Position numbers and translations under genes: made by a program. A stretch of DNA of 64,000 nt, taken from a bacterium (GTDB lineage Bacteria > UBA8248). Of the stretch, positions 49,033-56,723 are shown piece after piece (position 1 is the first letter of the stretch; every line of letters begins with the position of its first letter). The notes under the pieces were generated by a model. The model was not told where the DNA came from. It did no database searches and was given only the letters and a program-made list of their open reading frames with translations. The stretch lies in the NCBI GenBank assembly GCA_965213685.1, contig CBDBZY010000044.1:32001-96000 (forward strand), in the 5' to 3' direction.

Positions 49033-50565
49033 GTGGAGAAGAGCGCATACGAGCTGGGCGCGGGGCGATCCCCCGGCGGAGCGGGGGAGGAGGACCCCTT
49101 CGCGGGATATGACCGGGACGCCCGCTTCTACGACGAGATGTTCGGGCCGGAGGGGAGGCCGCGCGATGCGTCCCGTCGGCTCGACGCCGCGTTGCGGGCG
49201 CTGGCGCGCGAGGACCTCGAAAAGCTACAGGAGGGCGTCTACCGGCGCTTTCTGCACGAGGGGATCACCTTCACGGTCCTCGACGCGGAGGAGGCCACCG
49301 AGCGGATCATCCCGATCGACTGCGTGCCCAGGCTTCTGACCGCGGCCGAGTGGGACCACGTCGAACGCGGCCTCAAGCAGCGCCTCGCCGCGCTCAACCT
49401 CTTCCTGAAGGACGTCTACCACGCGGGCCGCTCCCTGCGGGACGGGGTGGTGCCCCTCGACCTCGTCCTCGGCTGCCCGCAGTACCGCGCCGAGATGCGC
49501 GGGGTGCAGGTTCCGCACGACGTCTACGTCGCCGTGTGCGGGACGGACATCGTCCGCACCCACGAGGGGTTCGCCGTCCTCGAGGACAACCTGCGCGTTC
49601 CCTCCGGGGTGTCCTACATGCTCGCCTGCCGCAATGCGATGAAGGACGTGCTGCCGAAGCTCTACCGCGCGCACCGCGTGCGCGAGGTGGCGGATTACGC
49701 TGCGCGCCTCTATTCCACCCTCGCCTCTCTGGGCCGCGCCTCGCAGGAGCCGAACCTCGCGATACTGACCCCCGGCATGTACAACTCCGCATACTACGAA
49801 CACGCCTTTCTCGCCGGCGAGATGGGCGTCGACCTCGTGGAGGGGGGGGATTTGGTCATGCGCGACGCCAGGCTCTACGCGCGCACGACGGGGGGCCTGC
49901 GCCGGGTGGACGTGCTCTACCGGCGCATCGACGACGATTTTCTCGACCCGGTGACCTTTCGGAGCGATTCGCTCCTGGGAACAGCGGGGATTTTTCACGC
50001 ATACCGGGCGGGCAACCTGGCGCTCGCCAACGCGCCGGGCACGGGCGTGGCGGACGACAAGGCGCTGTATGCCTACGTTCCGGAAATCATCCGCTATTTT
50101 CTCGGCGAGGAGCCGATACTGGCGAACGTGGAAACGCACCTTTGCCGAGAACCCGGGGGGCTGGCCTACACGCTCGCGCACTTGGACGAGCTGGTGGTGA
50201 AGGAGGTGGGCGGATCGGGCGGCTACGGGATGCTGGTCGGGCCCCACGCCTCGGCCGCCGAGCGCGCGGAGTTCGCCGAGCAGGTGCGCGCGAACCCGGA
50301 GAATTTCATCTCCCAGCCCGCCCTCGCCCTCTCCCGCGCGCCGTGCTTCGTGGATGGGCGCATCGAGCCGCGCCATGTGGACCTCCGCCCCTTCGTGCTG
50401 CAGGGGCGCGATGCGCAGCACGTGGTTCCGGGCGGGCTGTGCCGGGTGGCGCTCCGGCGCGGAAGCCTCGTGGTGAACTCCAGCCAGGGCGGCGGCTGCA
50501 AGGACCTCTGGGTACTGGACGCCCAGGAGAGGAGGGAAGGCCGTGCTGGCCCGGGTGGCTGCTGA
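49033..50565 (+). CDS. Circularly permuted type 2 ATP-grasp protein
   Basis: GITF, VLEDNLRVPSGVSY, VLYRRIDDDFLDP, GTGVADDK, PRHVDLRPF and VVNSSQGGG. Confidence 0.92.
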   Translation: MEKSAYELGAGRSPGGAGEEDPFAGYDRDARFYDEMFGPEGRPRDASRRLDAALRALAREDLEKLQEGVYRRFLHEGITFTVLDAEEATERIIPIDCVPRLLTAAEWDHVERGLKQRLAALNLFLKDVYHAGRSLRDGVVPLDLVLGCPQYRAEMRGVQVPHDVYVAVCGTDIVRTHEGFAVLEDNLRVPSGVSYMLACRNAMKDVLPKLYRAHRVREVADYAARLYSTLASLGRASQEPNLAILTPGMYNSAYYEHAFLAGEMGVDLVEGGDLVMRDARLYARTTGGLRRVDVLYRRIDDDFLDPVTFRSDSLLGTAGIFHAYRAGNLALANAPGTGVADDKALYAYVPEIIRYFLGEEPILANVETHLCREPGGLAYTLAHLDELVVKEVGGSGGYGMLVGPHASAAERAEFAEQVRANPENFISQPALALSRAPCFVDGRIEPRHVDLRPFVLQGRDAQHVVPGGLCRVALRRGSLVVNSSQGGGCKDLWVLDAQERREGRAGPGGC

Positions 50566-51520
50566 TTTTTACTGGCTGGGCCGCTACGCGGAGCGCGTCG
50601 AGCAGACGGCGCGGATTCTCGAGCATCAGCTGACCCGGCTCGTGGATCGCCCGGCCGATGAGCTGGCGCTCGGCTGGCGGACGATATACCGGGTGCTCGG
50701 GCAACCGCCGCCCGGCGTGTCGGCGGAGGTGGACGAGGCTGAAGCCTTTCTCATTCCCGACGCCTACACGCTCGCCGGCATCCTCATCGAGGAGCGCTCG
50801 AACCCCGATTCCATCCTCTCGTGCTGGCATTGGGCGCGGGAGAACGCCCGGCGCATACGGCCGCAGCTCCCCTTGTCGGTGTGGACGTGCCTGAACCAGG
50901 GCTACCTCTGGATGCGGAACAGCGATTTCGCCAGAGCGTGGGCCGAGGCGCCGGTGGCGCTGGCGCGCGAGGTCATCGACCGGATGCGGCTGTTCGCGGG
51001 CGTGGTGGAGGCGATGATGTCCCGCGACGACGCGTGGCGCTTTCTGGAGCTCGGGCGGTTCATCGAGCGGGCGCAGCATCAGGCGGCGCTCCTGGGTGCG
51101 TGGACCGAATTCGCTCGCGAGGAGCAGGGCGCCACCGCCCTTTCCTGGGCCAGCCTCCTGCGCGTGTGCGGGGCGTACGAGATTTACTGCCGCCGCCGCT
51201 CGATGCGGGTGTCCCGGGAGGAAGCGCTCGTCTTCCTCGCCCGCGACCCCGAGCTTCCCCGCTCGCTTCGCTTCTCGTCGCGGCGGATCGAGGAGATGCT
51301 CGCCGGCATCGACCCGGTGGGCGCCCGGTATCCCCTCGCCCCGCTCCACGCGATGGCGCTTCACCTCGCGGCGACCATCGAAATCGAGGCGGCGCGGATT
51401 TCCGCCGAGGCGGACCCGGCCGGCTTCTTTCGCGCAGTGGCGAGGGACGTCCGGGCACTCCACGACCTGGTGATGGCCTCCTACGTGCATCGCTCCCTGG
51501 CGGAGGACCTTCCGGCATGA
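50543..51520 (+). CDS. Alpha-E domain protein (DUF403)
   Basis: MLARVA..YWLGRYAER, ARENAR, LGRFIERA and LPRS. Confidence 0.9.
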   Translation: MLARVAADFYWLGRYAERVEQTARILEHQLTRLVDRPADELALGWRTIYRVLGQPPPGVSAEVDEAEAFLIPDAYTLAGILIEERSNPDSILSCWHWARENARRIRPQLPLSVWTCLNQGYLWMRNSDFARAWAEAPVALAREVIDRMRLFAGVVEAMMSRDDAWRFLELGRFIERAQHQAALLGAWTEFAREEQGATALSWASLLRVCGAYEIYCRRRSMRVSREEALVFLARDPELPRSLRFSSRRIEEMLAGIDPVGARYPLAPLHAMALHLAATIEIEAARISAEADPAGFFRAVARDVRALHDLVMASYVHRSLAEDLPA

Positions 51521-52380
51521 GCGCGCGCTATGAAATCGAGCACATCGTCCGGTTCGACTACGCCGCCCCGGTGCGCGCCTCGGTGATGACGCTCTACCTG
51601 TGTCCGGTTCGCGACCGCGCCCAGCTCGTCCGCGCGTTCTCGATTCACACCGATCCGGATGGGCCGCTGTTCGATTTCACCGATTCGTTCGGCAACACCG
51701 GCCATTTTCTGGATCGTCCCCGCCCGCACGAGCGGTTCCGCATCGCGGCCCGCTCGACGGTGGAGGTGGGGCCGCCGGCCCAGGCTCCGGATCGGCTCGA
51801 TCCCGCAGACTCCCGGGAGCTGCGCCGCGCCGCGCAGTCCCCGGAGCTGTGGCCGATGTTGCACCCGAGCCGCTTCGTCCGTTCGACCCCGGCGCTGCGG
51901 AAGTTCATGGAGGCGCGCGGCATCGGGCTGGGGGAGGACCCTCTCGTGAGCACGCGGGAGCTTTGCGCTAGGCTGCACGAGGCGTTCGAGTACATTCCGG
52001 GCCACACCCGCGTCGATTCCCCCATCGACCACATCCTCGAGACCGGTCGGGGAGTTTGCCAGGACTACGCGCACGTCATGGCCTCCATCCTGCGCGGCTG
52101 GGGGGTTCCGTGCCGCTATGTGTCGGGCTATCTGGGGCCTCCCGCCGGCGGGGCGGCGAAAGGCGAGAGCCACGCCTGGGTGGAATGCTGGTTCCCCGGA
52201 GTCGGGTGGACCGGGTTCGACCCGACGAACGACACCGGGGGAGACGACCGCCACGTCCGGGTGGCGGTGGGGCGGGACTACGCCGACGTCCCGCCGACCC
52301 GGGGCGTGTTTCAAGGAGCCGCCGATTCGACCCTCGACGCCTGCGTGACCATCGAGCGGCATCCCGATCATACAGCCTGA
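51517..52380 (+). CDS. Transglutaminase family protein
   Basis: GVCQDYAH (Cys), RYVSGYL, SHAWVE (His), FDPTN (Asp) and GRDYADVPP; ATGA overlap. Confidence 0.92.
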   Translation: MSARYEIEHIVRFDYAAPVRASVMTLYLCPVRDRAQLVRAFSIHTDPDGPLFDFTDSFGNTGHFLDRPRPHERFRIAARSTVEVGPPAQAPDRLDPADSRELRRAAQSPELWPMLHPSRFVRSTPALRKFMEARGIGLGEDPLVSTRELCARLHEAFEYIPGHTRVDSPIDHILETGRGVCQDYAHVMASILRGWGVPCRYVSGYLGPPAGGAAKGESHAWVECWFPGVGWTGFDPTNDTGGDDRHVRVAVGRDYADVPPTRGVFQGAADSTLDACVTIERHPDHTA

Positions 52381-52593
52381 CGCCCCTCGACCGGCCGCCG
52401 GGAGGGAGCGGGAGGAGAGCCTGGGCGCGTCCGGCGGATGGGCGGGCGGAGAAAGACGCGCGAACGCCGCAAGGCCCGGGGAGGGCGACCTGTCCCGCCG
52501 ATTGTTCCGCCCTCCGCGCCCGTAGTAAAATGCGTTCCATGCGTTCGGGGCCGCATCGAGCGGTCGAATCGGGAGTAGGGAGAGGAGGCCGAA

Positions 52594-53460
52594 ATGCGAT
52601 TCTTGCTCGGGAGATGCCGCACCGCCTGCGCCGCTCTGGGATTCTGCGTCGTGCTGGGCGTTGCGGGCGGGAGTGCGGCCGAGGAGACGGCGGCGCCGCG
52701 CGGGTGGTACGTGGGCGCGGGCGCCGGGATGAGCTGGGAATTCGGGATGGAGCAGGCGGGCCGGAACCGCGACAACATCTGTTATCCGAACAACGATTGC
52801 TCCGGAGGCGCCCCCGAAGGCTATCGGTGGTTCTACGACCTCGAGGCGGATCGCGGTGTCGCGCTCGAAATTTCCGTCGGCCACGCCTGGGAGAAGATGC
52901 GCCTGGAATTGTCGCTGACCGAGCACAAGCAGGATGTGGAGCAGGAGTTCACCGGCATCACCTACCTCGACGGCTCCGCCATCGTCCCCGCCCGGGAAGC
53001 GAACTATACCGAGTCCGTCGTTGCCTCGGTCGACAAGCTGACGACGCGCACGCTCGCGCTCAACGTCTACCGCGATTTTCCGATTTCCGGGAGCCGGTTC
53101 ACCCCCTACCTGGGCGTCGGGCTGGGTCTTTCTTTCGTCGAATTGTCCGGGTTGTATTACCAAAGCAGATACTCGTGCGTCCGGTCTTGCGACGCAGGCC
53201 CCGCAGAGAACTTCAACAGCGAACAGGAGGTCGACCTCTCCGACACCGTCCTCTCCAAGCACCTCCACGCGGGCGCCGACTACCGCCTGAGCGACAGGCT
53301 CCTGCTGGGGCTGAAGCTCTCCTACAGCATGGTGGACGACATGGAGGACAGAAGCAGCTACTCCAGGCATCCGATTCCCGACGGGACGAGTCGCACCCGG
53401 ATCAGCGGGATGGATCACTGGTCGCTGACGCTCGGCCTGAAGTACTTCTTCAGCGACTGA
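52594..53460 (+). CDS. Outer-membrane beta-barrel protein (OmpA-TM / P44-Msp-like)
   Basis: Signal peptide, GWYVGAGAG, NVYRDF..FTPYLGVGLG, AGADY and a terminal aromatic strand (GLKYFF). Confidence 0.82.
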   Translation: MRFLLGRCRTACAALGFCVVLGVAGGSAAEETAAPRGWYVGAGAGMSWEFGMEQAGRNRDNICYPNNDCSGGAPEGYRWFYDLEADRGVALEISVGHAWEKMRLELSLTEHKQDVEQEFTGITYLDGSAIVPAREANYTESVVASVDKLTTRTLALNVYRDFPISGSRFTPYLGVGLGLSFVELSGLYYQSRYSCVRSCDAGPAENFNSEQEVDLSDTVLSKHLHAGADYRLSDRLLLGLKLSYSMVDDMEDRSSYSRHPIPDGTSRTRISGMDHWSLTLGLKYFFSD

Positions 53461-53534
53461 CGCCGCGACTCTTTCGCGGCTACGCGACGCGCCCGGACCG
53501 CTTGCGCCATACGATGATGAAAGGAGCGGCGGCG

Positions 53535-54452
53535 ATGAGGTTACCGACCGAAACGTCCGAGCGGGCGGTGCCCGTCCCGTCCGCAGCGATTGCGCTTTCG
53601 CCGATTCCGGCGGCGAACGTCGCCTCGGTGCCCCAGCGCAGTCCCCTCCGGTATCCTGGCGGAAAGACTTGGCTCGTTCCCCACATCCGGGTTTGGCTCC
53701 AGAGGGTCAATCCGACATCCCAAAGAACCCTCATCGAGCCGTTTGCCGGCGGCGGAATCGTTTCGTTGACCGCCGTGATGGAGGGGCTGGCGGATCGTTG
53801 CCTCATGGCGGAACGGGACGGCGACGTGGCGGCCTTCTGGCGCGCGGCGCTGCGACATGGGCCCGCGCTTCGCGAGAGGATCGCGCGTTTCGAGCCGACG
53901 CGGGAAGCCGTGGAGGCGGTGTCGCGTCAGCCCCATCGGGATGTGCTCGGCCGCGGCTTCCGCACGCTCGTGCTGAACCGGACGCGCAGAGGAGGCATCC
54001 TCGCGCATGGCGCATCGTTGAGCCGCGCGGGAGAAAACGGAAAGGGCGTCGCCTCTCGCTGGTATCCGGGGACGATCATCCAGCGTCTTCGGGAGATTGC
54101 GGCGCATGCGGACCGCATCGAGTTTCACGAGACGGACGGCATGAAATGGATGGCCGCCCTGTTGGCGGGCGGTGGCGCTGAATTCGTCGTTTTCGTCGAT
54201 CCGCCCTACACCGCTGGCGGCAAGCGGGCGGGCAAACGGCTCTATGCCCACAACGAGGTCGACCATCCGCGCCTGTTTGAGATGCTCGCCGACAGCGGTG
54301 CGGATTTTTTGATGACCTACGATCGGGCACCCGAGATTGAACGCTTGATACGGAGGCACCGCTTCTGCGCCGTCGAGGTGCTCATGAAGAACACCCACCA
54401 CGCCCGGGTGCCGGAACTCGTCATCACGCCGCGTCCGGTGTTCGTCGGTTGA
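53535..54452 (+). CDS. Dam-like (D12 class) DNA methyltransferase
   Basis: ATG 53535 after AAGGAG; SPLRYPGGKTWL, IEPFAGGG, LNRT and FVDPPY. Confidence 0.88.
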   Translation: MRLPTETSERAVPVPSAAIALSPIPAANVASVPQRSPLRYPGGKTWLVPHIRVWLQRVNPTSQRTLIEPFAGGGIVSLTAVMEGLADRCLMAERDGDVAAFWRAALRHGPALRERIARFEPTREAVEAVSRQPHRDVLGRGFRTLVLNRTRRGGILAHGASLSRAGENGKGVASRWYPGTIIQRLREIAAHADRIEFHETDGMKWMAALLAGGGAEFVVFVDPPYTAGGKRAGKRLYAHNEVDHPRLFEMLADSGADFLMTYDRAPEIERLIRRHRFCAVEVLMKNTHHARVPELVITPRPVFVG

Positions 54453-55324
54453 CCGTGCGCTACGGCATCGCGGAATGGTATGGGCAGGCGTTTCTGGGAC
54501 TTTCTCCCGCGGAGCGTCGCCGACTGGCGAAGATAGCGTTGCAGGACGGCGCCGAGGCGCCGCCATGTCCGTTTCAGAGGGGCCGGCCGCCTTGCCGGAA
54601 ACGGGGCGGCGTGTGTTCTCTTCAGCGTTATGAAAAGGGCGAGGGCGGACGGATCGGCTTGCCCGATGGCGATCCGGTCATCGTTTGTCCGGTCAGGTTC
54701 GAAGAAGAATTGCTGGTGAACTGGCTGGCGGAGATTGTCGGCTTTGTGCCGGGGCGGGCGATGTTGGCCCGCGAGGTGCCTTTCATGCGCGGAACGGGCA
54801 CGGACAAGCCGGCGGGAAAGATCGACCTTGTTGTCGCCGAAACGTCCGGGGGCGTTCTCAAGTGGTATGGGCTGGAAGTTCAGGCGGTGTATTTCTCCGG
54901 CAAAGGTATGCAATCTGAATTCGCCAACTTGCGAGAGGACGATCATCCGAAACCGCCGTTTCCGGACGCGGTTCGCCGACCGGACTGGCGCTCTTCGAGC
55001 GCGAAACGCCTCATGCCGCAGTTGCAAATCAAGGTTCCGACCCTCCGCCGCTGGGGATCGAGAATAGCCGTCGCAGTGGATCGGCCATTCTTCGAATCCA
55101 TAGGAGGCGACGGGCTCAATCCCGGACGGGACCTGAATGATGGTGACGTCGTATGGCTGGTCCCGGAACTCGTTCGGAACATGGAGGGGTGCTACCGACT
55201 CTCGCGCGGGCATTGGGAAGTCCTGACCCTGGAGGATTCCACCGGAAAGCTCCTCGCCGCCGAGACGATTCAACGCGACAGGTTTGAACGCGACTTGAAA
55301 AGCAGACTCGAACCTCTCGGCTAG
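54449..55324 (+). CDS. NotI-family restriction endonuclease
   Basis: Cys4 metal motif (CPF..CRK..GVCS..CPVRF), ID..LEVQAVY catalytic pattern, PDWRSSSAKRLMPQL; overlaps the MTase stop. Confidence 0.82.
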   Translation: MTVRYGIAEWYGQAFLGLSPAERRRLAKIALQDGAEAPPCPFQRGRPPCRKRGGVCSLQRYEKGEGGRIGLPDGDPVIVCPVRFEEELLVNWLAEIVGFVPGRAMLAREVPFMRGTGTDKPAGKIDLVVAETSGGVLKWYGLEVQAVYFSGKGMQSEFANLREDDHPKPPFPDAVRRPDWRSSSAKRLMPQLQIKVPTLRRWGSRIAVAVDRPFFESIGGDGLNPGRDLNDGDVVWLVPELVRNMEGCYRLSRGHWEVLTLEDSTGKLLAAETIQRDRFERDLKSRLEPLG

Positions 55325-55484
55325 CACCGGAGCCGTTTGCCGAAAGCGCCGGATAGGCACCGCTCCTTTTCTGTCGACGGCGGCCGGCAACGCCTCGTTC
55401 CCGCGATTATCCGTTATCGGGGGGCCGGCTGGTGCGGCGAGGGACTCCTGCGTGATATGGGGGTCGGAAAACGGCTCCCGCCCG

Positions 55485-55513
55485 TTGACACGCCCCCCGC
55501 GAGCATCCAGAAT
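55485..55513 (+). promoter_or_regulatory. Sigma70-like promoter of mqnE
   Basis: TTGACA-N17-CAGAAT ending 63 nt upstream of the mqnE ATG. Confidence 0.6.
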
Positions 55514-55576
55514 GCCCCCTCTGTCATGGGCACCCCCGCGGGTCCCCGAGGGAGATGCGCAAGCGCGAGGTGGGAG

Positions 55577-56716
55577 ATGAGCGGCGATTTCATGCGGTCC
55601 CGCGTTCTGGGAAGTCCTCTGGGCGACATCCTGGAGAAGGTGGAGGAGGGGCGGCGCCTCTCCTTCGAGGAGGGCGTGCGCCTCTATGAGTCCCGCGACA
55701 TCAACGCCGTCGGCTACCTGGCGAACATCGCGCGCGAGCGGCTGCACGGCGACCGCACCTACTACAACGTGAATAGCCACATCAACTACTCGAACGTCTG
55801 CGTGCTGTGGAAGGCGTGCAAATTCTGCGCGTTCGGCAAGAAGGAAGGCCAGCAGGGCGCCTATGAATACTCCCTGGAGGAGATCTTCCGGATGGCGGAA
55901 ACCCTGGGCCGCGGCCGCACCGAATTCCACATGGTGGGCGGCCTGCATCCGGACCTGCCCTTTGACTACTATCTGGAAATGATCCAGGGCATCAAGGAGA
56001 TGCACCCCCGGCTGCACCTCAAGGTGTTCACGGCGACGGAAATTCGCTGGCTGGCCGACCGTGTCGCCAGAATGAGCGTGGAGGAGACGCTCGACCATCT
56101 CGTGCGCTCGGGCCTCGGCTCGCTGACGGGGGGCGGGGCGGAGATTTTCGCCGAGCCGACGCGCTCGAAAATCTGCAAGGGCAAGCAATCCGCCGAGGAC
56201 TGGCTGGAGGTGCACCGCATCGCCCACCGCAAGGGCATCCGAAGCACGTGCACCATGCTCTACGGACACGTGGAGTCGAACGAGGATCGGGTGGATCACA
56301 TGCTCAGGCTCCGGGCGCTGCAGGACGAGACGGGCGGGTTCACCACCTTCATCCCCCTGGCGTTCCATCCCGAGAATACCCAGCTCGACGAGATTCCCCC
56401 GGCGGGCGGGATGCTCGACCTCGGAAACTACGCCGTGGGTCGCCTTCTGCTCGACAACATCCCCCACATCAAGGCCTACTGGATCATGGTGGGCCAGCCG
56501 ATCGCGCAAATCTCCCAGCGCTTTGGCGTGGATGATCTGGACGGCACCGTCGTGCAGGAGAAGATCTACCACATGGCGGGCGCGCGGACGCCGCATGAGC
56601 TCACGGTGAACGACATTCGCCGGCTCATCCGCGAGGCGGGGCGCGAGCCCATCGAACGCGACACGCTCTACCGAGAGGTCGTCCGCGAGGGGGAGCAGTG
56701 GGCGACGCACGCATAG
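55577..56716 (+). CDS. mqnE: Aminofutalosine synthase (radical SAM)
   Basis: HMVGGLHPDLP, GGGAEIF, TMLYGHVE, FIPLAFHPEN, DNIPHIKAYWIM and GTVVQEKIYHMAGA. Confidence 0.93.
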   Translation: MSGDFMRSRVLGSPLGDILEKVEEGRRLSFEEGVRLYESRDINAVGYLANIARERLHGDRTYYNVNSHINYSNVCVLWKACKFCAFGKKEGQQGAYEYSLEEIFRMAETLGRGRTEFHMVGGLHPDLPFDYYLEMIQGIKEMHPRLHLKVFTATEIRWLADRVARMSVEETLDHLVRSGLGSLTGGGAEIFAEPTRSKICKGKQSAEDWLEVHRIAHRKGIRSTCTMLYGHVESNEDRVDHMLRLRALQDETGGFTTFIPLAFHPENTQLDEIPPAGGMLDLGNYAVGRLLLDNIPHIKAYWIMVGQPIAQISQRFGVDDLDGTVVQEKIYHMAGARTPHELTVNDIRRLIREAGREPIERDTLYREVVREGEQWATHA

Positions 56717-56723
56717 AATCGTC

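Noticed and set aside
52056-53534. Apparent 798-aa ORF extending the Dam-like MTase N-terminally
   Set aside because: The extension overlaps the transglutaminase and beta-barrel genes in another frame and is Arg/Pro/Gly-rich shadow sequence; the real start is ATG 53535.
53520-55369. 10-bp inverted repeat AAAGGAGCGG / CCGCTCCTTT flanking the Dam-NotI pair
   Set aside because: The left copy is the Shine-Dalgarno site, the match does not extend, and I saw no target duplication; probably chance.
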